Origin: the human T2T-CHM13v2.0 reference genome, Homo sapiens
Length of the DNA stretch: 64,000 nucleotides
NCBI RefSeq assembly: GCF_009914755.1
Contig: NC_060932.1
Strand: one strand, 5' to 3'
Of this stretch, positions 23,494 through 37,985 are shown piece after piece (within the stretch, counting starts at the first letter, position 1; each line of letters opens with the position of its first letter). The notes below the pieces were generated by a model that made no database searches, was not told where the DNA came from, and saw only the letters and a list, made by a program, of their open reading frames with translations. The position numbers and the translations under genes are program-made.

Positions 23494-26443
23494 TGTCTTT
23501 GTCAGTTTGGGCTGCCATAACAAAATATCCAGATTTCTCAAAGCTCTGGAGGCTGGGAAGTCCAGGATGATGTGCCAGCTGATTTGGTGTCTACTGAGGG
23601 CTTGTCCCATTGATGTAATCTACTTGGGGAATCCTTGCATGGTGGAAAAGGGCAAAGGGCAAAAGGCAATGAACACTGTGTCTTCACATGGTGGAGGAGA
23701 TGGAAAGGCTGGGTAGATTTCTGAAACCTCTTATATAAAGGCACTAATCTCATTCCTGAGAGAGTACTGATGCCCTAATCACTTCCTAAAGGCCCTCCCT
23801 CTTAACACCATCACCTTGGGGTCTAAGTTTCAACATATGAGTTTTGGAAGGACACATAGATTCAAACCACAGCATTCCACCCTTGGCCTCCCAAAAGTTA
23901 TGTCCTTCTTACATACAAAATACATTCATTCTATCCCCATAGCTCCAAAAGTTTTAACTTTTTTTAGTACCAATTCAAAAGTCTAGTATCCAGAATCTCT
24001 TCTAAATATCATCTAAATCAGATATACATAAGTCCCAAAGATGTGTTTCATCTTGAGGAAATTGCTCTTCTACTGTAAATCTGTGAAATCAAATAAGTTA
24101 TGTACATCCAAAATGCAATGGTTGGACAGGCACAGGACAGACATTTCTATTTCAAAGAGAACAGCACAAAAGAAAAAAGAGGTAATAGGTCCTAAGTAAG
24201 TCTAAAACCCAACAGGGCAAACAATATTAATCTTGAGGCTTGAGAAATAATTTTTGAGTCCATGTCCTGCTTTCCAGACACACTCTAGTGGGGCTTGGGC
24301 CACCAAGGCTTCAGGCAGCCCCACTTCCTTGGCTTTGCTGGGCGCAGCCCATATGGCAGTTCTGAGGGATTGGAGTCTTGTGCCTGCAGCTCTCCAAGGG
24401 TGGCATGCTGGTAGCTCTATAGTTCTGAGGTTGCAGGGGTAGTCCTGCTCCATGGCTATAATAGATATTGTTTTAGTGAGGGCTCTCTGTGGTGGCTTCA
24501 CCTTTGTGGCAGTTCTCTCTGTGGATCTTGAGGCTCTCTGGCGTATCCTTAGAAATTTAGGTACAAGTAGCCATGCCTTCACAGCTTGTCCACATTGTGT
24601 GTCTGCAGAGTTAGCATCACATGGACACTGCGAAGGTTTACTGCTTGCGACCTCTGGAAGAGTGGCTGGAGCTGTATCTGGGCCTGCTGGAGCCACAGGT
24701 AGGACAGCTGAGGAGTCTGTGCCAGAATTCAGAGAGCAGATACTTGAGGCAGTGTAGGACAGCAAGTGCTGAGGTCTTGCTGGTGTCCAAGGCCCCTCTT
24801 TTGATATAGTTCTGCCTCTTAGGTCTTGACACTCTCAGTCAGTGATGGTTATAGAAGCCTCAATAATCTCCAAAATGCTTTTGGGGTCATTCTTCTATTG
24901 TCTTGCTGAAGAGCATCTGCCTTCCTTCTGTCCATACTAATCTCCTTATGAAACGTTCACTCGGCATACCCTTGGTTTTCTCTCCTGAACATGCCTTTTC
25001 ATTCATCACGGACTGACTAGGCTAAAAAATTTCCAGTCTCTAAGTTCTGTTTGCCTTTTGACTATAAATTTTGTTGTGAATTCATTTCTCTCTTTTTGCA
25101 TTTTATTATAAGAAGCCAAGAGAAGCAATGGCACACCCTCAAAATTTTGCTTAGAGATTTCTTCTGCCAAATATCCTAGGTAGCTGCTCACAAGCTCTGC
25201 CTTCCACAAAGCCCTAGGACATGGGCAATATTCAGCTAAGTCCTCTGCCACTTTATCATAAAGTTGGCTTTTCCTCCAGTTTCCAATACGATATTCCTCA
25301 TTTTCACTTAAGACCTCATCAGAATGCCCTTTACTGTTTATATTTCTACTAACATTATAATCATGGCTATTTAAGTAATCTCTAAGAAGATTGGGGCCCT
25401 TTCTACAGCCTGAATCTCTTCTTCTGAGCCCTCACCAGAATAACCCTTTACTATCCACCCCATTACTCAGTTCTAAAGCCACTTAGACATTTTTAGGTAT
25501 TTGTTACAGAAGTATCCCACTTCTTGGTACTAATTTAGGTATTTAGTCCATTCCTGCTCCTATAATGAAATACCACAGAGTAATTAATTTACAAATAATA
25601 TAAATGTAAGTCTCACAGTTCTAAAGGCTGGGAAGTCTAAGATCAGGGTCTGGCAGATTTGGTCTCTAGTAAAAGCCCACATGCTGCGTCCTCACATGGC
25701 AAAGGATAGAATGGCAAATGGGATGAACTTACTCCCTCAAGCTTTTTTATAAAGGACTGTAAGACTATTGAGATTATAGTATTATAAGGGACTATAATTC
25801 TATTTATGAGGGTGATATGGTTTGGATCTGTGTCTGATTACAAATCTCATGTCGAATTGTAATCCCCAATGTTGGAGGTGGGGCCTGGTGGGAGGTGACT
25901 GGATCATAGGAGCGAATCCTTCATGAATGGTTTAGAACCATCCCTTTGGTGCTGTTCTTGTGACAGAGTTCTCAGAAAATCTGGTTGGTTAAAAGTGTGT
26001 AGCATTTTCCCTTTCTCTCTCTTCCTCCTTCACCAGGCTTGTGAAGATGCCTACTCAAGCTTTTTCCTTCTGCTATGAGTAGGAGTTTCCTGAGGCCTCC
26101 CAAGCCATGCTTCCTGTACAGCCTGTGGAACCGTGAGCCAATTAAACCTCTTGTCTTTCTAAGTTATCCAGTCTCAGGCATTTCTTTATAGTAATGTGAG
26201 AATGAACTAATATAGAAAATTAGTACCAAGAGTGGGGCATTGCTATAAAAACAGCTGAAAATGTGGAAGCAGCTTTGGAACTGGATAACCAGCAGAGGTT
26301 GGAACAGTCTGGAGAGCCCAGAAGACAAGAATGTAAGGGAAAATCTGGAACTTCCTGGAGACTTGTTAAATTGTTATGATCGAAATGCTGGTAGTTTAAG
26401 TTACAGTGTATCTATTTTGGAGGGAAACATTAAAACCAAAGCA
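23494..26443 (-). mobile_element. MaLR provirus (MSTC/MSTD-like): LTR 23494-23874, internal to about 25537, second LTR 25538-26443 (interrupted)
   Basis: LTR ends TGTCTTTGTCAGTTTGGGCTGC..CAAACCACAGCA; MaLR internal ..CCCACTTCTTGGTACTAATT; the 187-aa minus ORF is internal remnant. Confidence 0.8.
25813..26396 (+). mobile_element. MSTA/MSTB LTR plus about 180 bp internal, truncated
   Basis: TGATATGGTTTGGATCTGTG..GAACTAATATA then GAAAATTAGTACC..AAAATGTGGAAGCAGCTTTGGAACTGG. Confidence 0.85.
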
Positions 26444-27215
26444 GTTGGCAATAATCATTTGATATCACACCAAAAGCTCAGGCTACAAAAGCAAAAATAA
26501 ACAAGCAGGACTGCATCAAACTAAAACGCTTCGGCATACTAAAGGAAATAATCAACAAAATAAAAAGATAGCCTACACATTGGGAGAAAATACTCGCAAA
26601 CCATGTATCTGATAATGTGTTTAATATTCCAAATATATAAGAAACATGACCAAAAACCCCCAACAAATAATCTTATTGAAAAATGGGTGAAGGACCTGAA
26701 TAGACTCTATTTTTTTAAAAAGAAAACATAAAAACGGCCAACAGGTTATGAAAAGGTTCTCAGCTTCACTAATTATCAGGGAAATACAAATCAAAATTAC
26801 AATGAGATATTACCCTATGTCTGTTAGGATGGCTATTATCAAAAACACAAGAGATAACAAATGTTGGTGAGGGCATAGAGAAAAAGAAACTATTGCACAC
26901 TGTTGGTGGAAATATAAATTAGTATAGCTATTATGAACAACAGTATGAAGATTCTTAAAAACATTAAAAATAGAACTACAATATGAGCTGTTTTAAATAT
27001 CGGAACTTATAAGTTTGTCTTTTTGAGTGATTGGGAAAATCCTTTGCCTAAATTTTTAACTGATCCACAGGAAAACTTTCTTAATTAAAAAAGTCTGTTT
27101 CTTTTCTTCTATGTACTAGTAATTCTTTGCATAGATCCTGTGCTGAATCTTTTTTGATTATTACTCATCTTGAAAAGACATGAGATCTTCCCATGTGAAA
27201 AATTTACAGGAGGCA

Positions 27216-27470
27216 TGTTGTGTGTGTGTGTGGTGTGTGTGGTGTGTGTGTGTGGTGTGTGTGGTGTGTGTGTGGTGTGTGTGTGGTGTGTGTGGTGCGT
27301 GTGTGTGTGTGGTGTATGTGGTGTGTGTGTGTGTGGTGTGTGTGTGTGGTGTGTGTGGTGTGTGCTGTGTGTGTGTGTGGTGTATGTGTATGTGGTGTGT
27401 GTGATGTGTGTGTGGTGTGTGTGTGTGTGGTGTGTGTGTGTGGTGTGTATTTGTGTATGCATGTGTGTGT
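27216..27470 (+). repeat. Complex (TG)n/(TGG)-interrupted microsatellite, about 250 bp
   Basis: Direct reading. Confidence 0.95.
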
Positions 27471-27621
27471 TTGATTCAGGTGAAATGGGAATCTCCCTAT
27501 TCCTGGGTCATGCATTTGATTTATGCCATCTTTTTCTGTGCTTTAGCTGACCAAGAAGGACACTATGGGGTCCTCACTTGCTCTCCTCCTCATAGCCTGT
27601 GCAATATCTTGTTTAGACATT

Positions 27622-28012
<391 letters not shown>

Positions 28013-28624
28013 CTAATGTTGTTGTAATTATTGTTATTACATAGTTACATTTTTGCATTATAACAGATAATGATTTTAAAAATGTACTGATTATAAATGT
28101 CACTTGGAACAGCATGAGATTAAAATCCTGAGGCTGTCATTTTGTATCAGCCCTCTATTGTCATTTTATGTTGGTCTGTCATTTTAGGTCCTCAGATAAT
28201 TAGTAATAGCATTTTCCTGAGTAAAAGTATCCAACTATAATAGAAGTTTCTACTTTTAGGTATCATAAAGACAGATGACTTTTTAAAAAGATAACTCTTA
28301 GTTTCCTGTGTGGCAATCTGAAACTTCTGTAGCTAACAGCAGAAAGTGAACGCTGTTATAAATTAAAATTATTTTCTCAGATCATATGTACACATATTAA
28401 TCAGTCAATGAGATCAGAAGAACTTGTGGTGAAACGTAAAATTACTAGGCTCTTCTCTCCTAACCCTTGACCCATTGTTCAGGGAAAATCTTTTTGAATT
28501 ATTGCTCTCCTTCTGATATTCTTAAGTAACTAATATGGTTACATCTCTATTTTTTGCTTTACCAATTTAAAAAATTATCTTTTGATTGCTTATCATAAAA
28601 TGTCACTTTTATTGTAGCTGTTAT

Positions 28625-29045
28625 TTTCAGGCATTATTCTGAGAGTCTAAATGTAGAGGTTGGGGGAAAAGCTAGATTGGAGTATGGTCAAGAGAGAGTA
28701 CAGGGAAAGGAGTCCAAGACAATGAATCCAGTCAGTTTTGAGGAGTTTTGCTCTAAGGGGATTGGAAAAATGGGGTGTAGTTGACTGAAGTAGGATATAT
28801 AGTCAAGAAAAGTTTTTGTTTTCATTTGTTTTGTTAGGGTGTAAGAACTTATGTGTGTACATCAATGGGAAGGATCCAGGAAAGGAAGAAAAATGATTAT
28901 GCAGAAGGGAGAAGGGGGAATTGAGAGTAATGTCCTTCTTGAAAAGAGGCTGAGTGGGCTCTAGTGAAGTAATGGAGAGGCTGGCTCAGGCAGTGCAGCA
29001 GCTACCCAAAGCATCAGGAGAAAAATAGGAGTGTTTGGGAGTAGT
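28625..29045 (-). mobile_element. L2 fragment
   Basis: GCTAGATTGGAG..TTTTGAGGAGTTTTGCTCTAAGGGG. Confidence 0.6.
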
Positions 29046-29079
29046 TCACTTACATCTCTTGTTCTCCTCCTACTCTTCT

Positions 29080-29464
<385 letters not shown>

Positions 29465-30009
29465 TAAACTTTAAATAATACATTTATTATTCCAGCTGCA
29501 GTCTCCACTTTTTTCCCTCTACTTTCCACTTTACCTTCATGTTATCAAGCTGGTAATTTTGATATTTTATCCTGAAACCATTACTAAGTTTACCATGGGT
29601 TGGATATAGATAGAAATGAAAAGTTCTAAACAATATACATAGTATACATTATTTTAACTAATATTGCCTCCTTGCTACAATATAGACAGGTAATTATTTT
29701 TAGAGAAGAACAATCATTCAGATATTTTCCTTTATTACCACCCAAGTTTGGTTCATTGCCTGGATCTCAAGTCATCTTTCCTTTCCTCATATTCTTGTAG
29801 TATTATAGATTCAAAAAAATTTCCTATAGCAGGTATATTATATAAACATGTCTAAAAATATCTTGGTTTTAAATCTGCTTAATAGTTTTACAGTACTTGA
29901 AATTCTAATTTTGAAATATGTTTTCCCTTGAGAAACTTGAAGACATTATTTCATTACCTTTGAGTATCTAGTGTTGTTGATGAAATATCTGAAAATAAGA
30001 GCTTAAACA

Positions 30010-30285
30010 TATCAAGTGGTTAATTTGTGCCAGAAATTATTAGCACCAAAGCTATATTTGTATTTATATTTGTACCTACATCATATCTATATGTATGTAA
30101 TCATTGAATTCTTACAACAGCACTATGCAGTAATATTGTTATACCTATTCTACAAAAAAGAAACTTGGGCACTGACAGGTTAAGTAACATACCCAAGATC
30201 ACAAAGCTACTAAGTGGCCATGTCAGGATTCAAATTAGAATGTCTGTATTAAAAAACTGGACACTTAGTCACTGGTGGTCTACAG
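30010..30285 (-). mobile_element. MIR within old L1M fragments (about 29830-31620)
   Basis: CTTACAACAGCACTATG..GGTTAAGTAACATACCCAAGATCACAAAGCTA. Confidence 0.65.
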
Positions 30286-30432
30286 CCTCTGATATCCATT
30301 CAGTCTTAATTTTTCTGTAAGTAGCTTCTATTCCCCGCTTGGGTCATTTTGATTTGAAAACTCATGGCCTGCTCAGATCTGTGGAATTCTCTATTACTAT
30401 AATCATTATCATCATCCATCATCATTTCCCTT

Positions 30433-31054
30433 CTGTTAGCTTTCTATTGCTATGTAACAAATTACCAAATATCTGATGACTTGAAGCAATGCCCATTTAT
30501 TACTTTACAGTTCCTTAGGTCAGAAGTTCAGGTGGGTTCCAGTGGGTTCTACAATTAGGGCCTCACAAAGCTGAAATCACAATTTAGTTAGTAGGGCTAT
30601 GCCTTTCTGGGGGCTGTAGGGGAGAATCTGTTTCCTTGCTCTTTCAGGTTGTTGGCAGAATTCAGTTCCTTGTGACTGCAGAACTGAGGTCCTCATTTCT
30701 TCGATGGCTATCATCCAGGTACCACTCTCAGCTTCTAAAAGCTACCTGTGTTCCTTGGCACACTGCCGCATTCCATCTTAAAAGCCAGAGATGACAGGTT
30801 GAATCCCCTTAATGCTTAAAATCTCTCACTTCCTTTTCAGTTATTAGCCAGAGGAGATCCTTTGCTTTTAAAAGCCTTGTACCGTTAGATTGAGCTCATC
30901 TAGACAATATCCTTTTTGATTAACTTGAAGTTAACTGATCACATCTGCAAAATCCCTTTTGCCGAGGAATGTAATATAGTCACGGGAGTGAAATCTCATC
31001 ATATCTCATCATATTCACAGTCTTGGGGTAAAATCAGGAATTCTGCCTGATGCA
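30433..31054 (-). mobile_element. MLT1F/G-like MaLR LTR
   Basis: TGTTAGCTTTCTATTGCTATGTAACAAATTACC..GTTGGCAGAATTCAGTTCCTTG..GAATTCTGCCT. Confidence 0.7.
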
Positions 31055-31340
31055 TCCACTCCCCTTTCATTTTTCTTTGTTCCCTTCTACTCTCACATGT
31101 TGGATTTCTTAGAAGATTCTTCTGTTTTGTTTATTCTTTCTTTCATATTTTCTCTTTCTGCATTTTTAAAATATTTTAGGAACTTTCTTCTACTCTATTT
31201 TGTAGTTTAATTTTATTCCTTTTTGGAGAATTTTTTTCTAAGAGCTTTTTCTTGTTTATGTTTAAATAAATATCATTCTGTTATTATTTTACTATTTTAT
31301 GATATATTCTTAAAATCATTGATTATATAACTAAAGCTTC

Positions 31341-31494
31341 TTTTTTCTTTTTTTTATTGTACTTTAAATTCTAGGGTACACGTGCACAATGTGCAGATTT
31401 GTTACATAGGTTTACATGTGCTGTGTTGGTTTGCTGTACCCATTAACTCATCATTTACACTATGTATTTCTCCTAATGCTATCCCTCTCCCTGT
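31341..31494 (-). mobile_element. Short L1PA 3' end insertion
   Basis: TACTTTAAATTCTAGGGTACACGTGCACAATGTGCAG; TSD CTAAAG[C/A]TT. Confidence 0.85.
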
Positions 31495-32274
31495 CTAAAG
31501 ATTTTTAAAGGCTGTTTTCTGTTCTTGGAGTCGTATTTTTTTCCAATGATCACTTTTACTATGTTTATTTTAAATTTTAACTTTGATGCTTCTAATATTA
31601 TATATAGTGATTCTTAATTATCTGTACATATTTAAGACAGCTATTATGAAAGTGTGATTTCCTTTGACTCTTTTTATGTAGATCTGTTTCCTTGGGCAAT
31701 TGAGAAATTTAACTTGAAGCAAGGTATGGGATGGAATGGGGCATATTGACTGATAGATCTGGAGGAATAGATAGATAGTTGTCTGGTAAACTGTGGGCCA
31801 CACAAATAAAATAATAAGACTATGTGGAGAGTGCTTACTTTAGTGTCATACTTTGGCTCTCTCCAAACATATTATTTCATAATCTTAGTGCATGCTATCA
31901 AGTGTCATAGCTGGGGAAATGTCTGCCTGTTTTTGCTTTGGTTCTGGAGAAGAAATTAAGTTACTAACTGGTAAATTTATTGTATGTAAATATTTTTAAT
32001 GAATCTTCTTGTTTTCAGTCTTATTTTTCACTTTGGCCCTTTGTTCTACCAGTTGACTTTGAGCCCAAATCCTCCTTGGGCAATTTTCAAGAGAATATGT
32101 TCAGCCTACTCAGCAATATTTTTATGACATATTCTGGCCTTTGGTTTTGTTGTATTCCTGCTCTTTCATCTGAAAATCTACCTGCATATACCTTCATCTT
32201 TGAAACATTTTCTGAAATTTATTCCATTCTCTGATACACCTCTCATTCTTTTCTCTGGTATGAATTAATTAATT

Positions 32275-32672
<398 letters not shown>

Positions 32673-33167
32673 TGAGAGTATGCATTTTTTGTTAACACAT
32701 AGATGTGTTGGTTAACAATCTTTTGAGTTTGCTGATTTCAGCATAGTGATTAAGAGCACAAACTTTGGCCTTAAAGAGGCCTAGTTTAGAACCAGCTATA
32801 CGGTTTAATAGCTGTACTCCCTTTAACTGAATACTTTACCAAGGTTACCTTGAGAGTACAACTGCTGAAACTACTAATTCAGTTAACACAGGACTGAAAT
32901 TAAGCATAGAGTATATCTCATGCCAAGGGCTTAAGGAAATCTAATTACTATTTTTCTTAGATAATAACAAAACATTGATAGAGAAATAATTGTGTGATCA
33001 AAGTAACATGGAGTATTTGGTTTATATTGTTAGTATGGTCATTATCATTATCAATATCAAATGTTGATTGAAGCCTCCTAAACCACGGGCAATAAAATAG
33101 AAAGCTATACTGATTGTAAATGTTTTTAAATAAACATAATTGAAAATAGTTGTTGCATGTAACGTGT

Positions 33168-33295
33168 AGCCTCCCGAATAGCTGGGATTACAGGCATGCA
33201 CCACCACGCCTCTCTAATTTTTGTATTTTTAGTAGAGAAAGGGTTTCACCATGTTGGTTTCAAACTCCTGACCTCAATAGATCTGCCTGCCTCGG
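33168..33295 (-). mobile_element. Internal Alu fragment truncated at both ends
   Basis: AGCCTCCCGAATAGCTGGG..CTGCCTGCCTCGG; no tail, no TSD. Confidence 0.85.
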
Positions 33296-34699
33296 ATTAT
33301 TTTTTATTCTACTAGGGATAAGACTTTTCTTTGAGGACACATTCCTGATTTTTATAATCCCATGTATAGTAAGATGTTTTATTAACAGAAATCATTATTT
33401 CAGTCAGATATTCTGAGGTTCTTTGTTCTTTTCCTGTGGGTAAACAAATATTATTCTTATTTATATGGTCTTTTTAAAGGGAATACTGCTTAATATAATA
33501 CACCTGAAACATAAAGGTAGCTTGAAGTTTACATAATTATCTTTTAGCATATATCTATAATCTGTAATATATTCTAAAATATATTATTTTAATATACATA
33601 TATGTCTATGTATATGTGCACACACACACAACCTAGGCAAAGGGGCTTGTTATTCACCATATATCTGCTTCCCTGTTCAGACAAAATTAATTCTAGTTAA
33701 TGGGATGCTAGATGATTATTAGCTTTGAGAGTAGGACAACCTTGCTACTTTGAAGTCTTAAGTCATGTATCACTAAGTGCTTGCAGACAGCTCTCAGACT
33801 ACATATATCAAATTAGAAAAAATAGAAATACAGAGTAAATGTGTTCTGTTTAGAAAAAGCAGAATGTGTAGGTATAGAACAGCAGCCAATTCATCTTTTG
33901 AATTTCAATTGTGCTATTCAAAACATGCTAGGTTATCATCTCAATATACAGGAACTCTAACTTTATTATGACATATCATGTCCATACTGGCATTGGAAAT
34001 ACTTCATGGTTAATGTTACTGACTTTTAGAATTTTCCATTTTCATCTGGGAAGTATGAATATTTTTACACAACTTATCAATGGCCATAAATAAAATATTA
34101 TATTAATTTACAAGTTGGAAATCTTACAGTTTTCTTCTTACTTTATCACTTTGGTATTTGTCACATTTGACTTTTTTTTAGAAATATCTGTTTTTGAACC
34201 AATTTTGGTTCTTTCTTTACTTTGTCTAAATCATTTCTATTGCTAGATCTTCTTAAGCTCAGTAAGTTTATTCTCATTCTATATCCCATTTTTGGGAAAC
34301 CTTATCCACAACATTCAGCTACCACTAAAAAGCATGAATACCTTCCACCTCTGTCTATCCTGCCCAAATCTATTTTCTAAACTAGATTTTTAAATATGAA
34401 CCCCCTACTACGTCAGAGCACATGCACTTCAAGCCCTCAGTACAATTACCCTGATTGGCACAAGCACAGAGTAAAGCCCACAGGTGAGAATGGGGTGGTG
34501 GGGGATTCGTTTTCCTGGAGGCACATGGGCAAGGATTCCTCCATTCCTGGCCCCCAAACCAACCAGCTATGAGGGGCTGGACTTCTACTTTGCTCAGCTA
34601 TTTTACTGGATAAGTTTGCCTCAATATCCTGGGGGTATTAAGATTTACCATGTCACAAACCAAGCTTGTTTATGAAAATTTTTTAAAGCATATTATTTA

Positions 34700-35045
34700 T
34701 TGTTGCCTTTGCAAGTGCCTGAAATGTTCACCTTCCCTTCCTGTCTGCATAACCTGTCCTTCAAGGCTCACCTCAAATATGACTTCCTCAGTGAAATTTT
34801 CTGGAGAGAATTAGGGTCTCCATGCTCCCATATCCCCTTCATCTCTAGAAAACACCTCTATTAAAACACCCGTCACATTAGAAGTCAACTATTTTTTACA
34901 TGTTTCTTTATCCAACTAGATTGAGGTTATTCAAGGTTGGGGCTGAGATATTTATTTCTGGCACCTAGCTCAGTGCCTGGCTTAATAGATACTTAATACA
35001 AGTTTGACGAATGGATGGATGAATGGGTGGAAAGATGAATGACAA
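34700..35045 (+). mobile_element. L2 3' end
   Basis: CCTTCAAGGCTCACCTCAAAT..GCACCTAGCTCAGTGCCTGG..(GAAT/GGAT)n. Confidence 0.7.
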
Positions 35046-36000
35046 AATATGTCCCTTTTTAAAGATAATGGCTTTGAATATACTATTAGTCTTGTTCTCA
35101 TTGTAATGCCAACAGTTTAAAGAGATTTCAATAACATGACTTCGCTGACCCTGGAAATAAATTTCTATATTGTATAACTTTAACACAAAGAGCTAAAAAA
35201 GGCTTAAGTTGTGCATTACATTATTTTACATTTCTAAGATTTGAGGAGTGCAAGGAGAGCTTAATGGAAATTCAAAGTGGGTTTGAAGGACATCTCTATA
35301 GTTACTTGTAAATGCAAACGTTCTGTGTATCTTCTTCTAGCTCACTAAGGAAAAAAAATAAAGACAACAACACTGGGGAAAAATAGATCCTGCATTTTAA
35401 ATCACAACAAACAAAACTAATAAACAGAAAACTACAGAGACCTGTCAGCTGAAAGGAAGATACAGCATTCATTTTATAAACAATTCACTACTGTGTCAAC
35501 AGTCTGACAGAAAAAGAAAGTGAACAATATTTTTCATATTTTTCAAGAAATATCTGTTTTGTTGAATAAATCTTGAGCAATATATTGTGTGAGCTGTATT
35601 GACTGGGATTAAGGGCCATGAAAATAAGAGACCATATGTCCAACATTAAAAAATTTTTTTGTTGAGATGCATTTCCTCTGAAACTTGAAAATTATTACAA
35701 AATAGTTAATATTAAGTTCTTTTCTACAATAGAATATTTGAATAGATGTTTTCTATTCAAAATTAAAAGATTCTTTTTTTGTAATGATGAAAAAAGATAT
35801 GGTGCTGGAAATAGTAAGATGCATGTAATTTTCTTTATATTAACAACATGATTGTGGTTCTAAGTAAAGGAAGTCATGAATCTGAAAACAGATGAGGACA
35901 GGTAGGGAGGCCAACTGATGTGATTATCCACCCAATTTATTTAAAATGCTTTTGAATTTTGAAGGTGATCAGATTAAAAATTTTAATGTAATGGGATTCT

Positions 36001-36492
36001 TGTCATAGTTTGGATTATCCCAAAAGCAAATCCTTAGATTCATATTAGGAACAGATTACTTGGGGGTTGATCCCAGAATGCTGGAGTGAAGGAGTAGGGA
36101 GAATGAGACAGGATGGATGAAAAGCTAATTAAAATGGGTTATTGAGCAAAATGGGTTATTGAGCAGATTGTTACTCTAGGTGGTAACAGTCCTGCTGTGG
36201 ATCTATTGGGAAACTATGTAGAAGGAATCTCAGAATTGTCCCACTAAAGAATGTGAGTCTGGGGCATACATCCATTCACTGAGACCCATCTCTGACTGAC
36301 TGAAGTTGCTTCTAATGTTTATCTACTATACTTATGGACTGTGCCTTTGGAGTAAGATGCCCTAGGAGCTAGGGCAGGGAAGTCTACAGTATGTCCAAGA
36401 ACTGTCTGCCACAGCTATAGATTAAAGTAGAGCTGCTCTAGGGAACCCCTTGGATACCTGCTAGGTGTGGAGTACCAATAATGTCTAATATA
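36001..36492 (-). mobile_element. LTR33-like ERVL LTR
   Basis: TGTCATAGTTTGGATTATCCCAAAAGCA..GGTTGATCCCAG..GAGACAGG. Confidence 0.55.
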
Positions 36493-36655
36493 CATGTATA
36501 TGTGCATTTAATATATATTTTTTTCCAGCTACTACTTTAAATATTAAAATGTATATTTTTATAACTTAAATTGCTCCAAGGGATAGGGATGAACTGAAGA
36601 AAGTAACCCAGTATTAAAGAATTTGTAAAATTTAAAGCAAATCTGAAAAGGTGAT

Positions 36656-37201
36656 TGATAGAAAAGGAGCACCATCATCTCAGACAAACACCGCCATTTT
36701 AAGTTACAGTACAGCTCCCTTTCTAGCCTCATGCATTTCAAGGAAATTTCTTCTCTTCTAACTCAAGCAGCCAGAAAGAGCAGACAGTAGAACACAGATA
36801 AGACAGCTTGGGCACAGAAGGAGGTTGGGGGAAAGTCTCTTGGGTAACTGCCAAACTTCACCCTCATATAATGGGCCCCACTAAAACAGTGGGCCTTAAT
36901 AAGCACATTCCTTTCCCTTCAGGTGCACTAACATAGGAAAGCTAAAAGCAGGCTGCAGAAAGATGTATGGGAACAGACACACAACTCTCCCTTCCAGATA
37001 AGCACAACAAAGAGACACAGAAGCAGTCCAAGCCTCTGATAAACATTCCCACCCTGAATCCTTAGGAACTCAGTCTGTATGAGAGTGTGGCTCTGACCTA
37101 ACTCGTCCAGCCACCCCTCTCAGGTTTGTTTAAAATAAACTTGTCCCTGTTGACTGAAAAGCCATCCTTCGTGTTTCTCTCCTCTTTCTTTAATTCTTAC
37201 A
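36656..37201 (+). mobile_element. ERV1-class solo LTR (subfamily unresolved)
   Basis: TG..CA ends, AATAAA near 37134, 5-bp TSD GTGAT/GTCAT. Confidence 0.75.
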
Positions 37202-37639
37202 GTCATAATGCACTAGTAATGAAATAAATACATATAGTAAGGATGTTCTATCATCTACTATTGTTGCTGTTACTATTATCGTTAACAGCTGGAGATATTT
37301 GTCTTTAATATAATTGTGAAGATATCATTCCAATAAAGATCTCCTCTTGTCATTTTTTAAGACTGTTTATTTTGAGCTAATAAAATGGAAAAAAGCTTGT
37401 GACATGTAAAGAAGTATCTTTGCTGCTCCATTCTTTTGTTATGGATAGAGCAGAGCTTGTTTTGGGAATTGGAAGTCACTAATTTTTCTTTTTCTTTCCT
37501 TTCCTTTTCAGTACTAAGCAATGTCTTAAATTTTCTACAAATGTTATGTCAGCCAACATTTAACTCATAATAATTATGAAAAATTTCAAGAAATATCTAT
37601 TTCATCTTGAATAAATCTCAAGCAAGACATAAGTGAGCA

Positions 37640-37985
37640 GAAGGTGCTTACCATGGTTCAAGTACCATTCTAAGGAAAATATCTATATTAACATATTTAA
37701 CCTTAATTAAAACTCTATGAAGTAAGGAGAATTATTTTCTTTATTATGTGCATAATGAAGCTGAGGCATAGTGAGGATAAATAGCTTCCCAAAGTCATAG
37801 AGAGTAAGTATGTGAACTAGGTATCAGATTCAGCAGTCCAAATCTAGTGTCTGTGCTTGCAACAAAGCTGCAATGGAAGCTTTGCAAGTTTTGCAATAGC
37901 ATTGCAAGAGGTAATGTCAGGATTTAAATTAGAGTGTGACTTGAGCCTGGATAGGTCTGATTCAAAAGCCTATGTTTTAATGGTT
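37640..37985 (-). mobile_element. MIR fragments
   Basis: GAAGCTGAGGCATAG..CCCAAAGTCATAGAGAGTAAG; GGTCTGATTCAAAAGCC. Confidence 0.55.

Noticed and set aside
24202-24765. Longest ORF (187 aa)
   Set aside because: Lies wholly within MaLR internal sequence; no evidence of a gene
36131-36165. 17-bp tandem duplication AAAATGGGTTATTGAGC (similar small ones near 30993 and 57189)
   Set aside because: Ordinary slippage duplications
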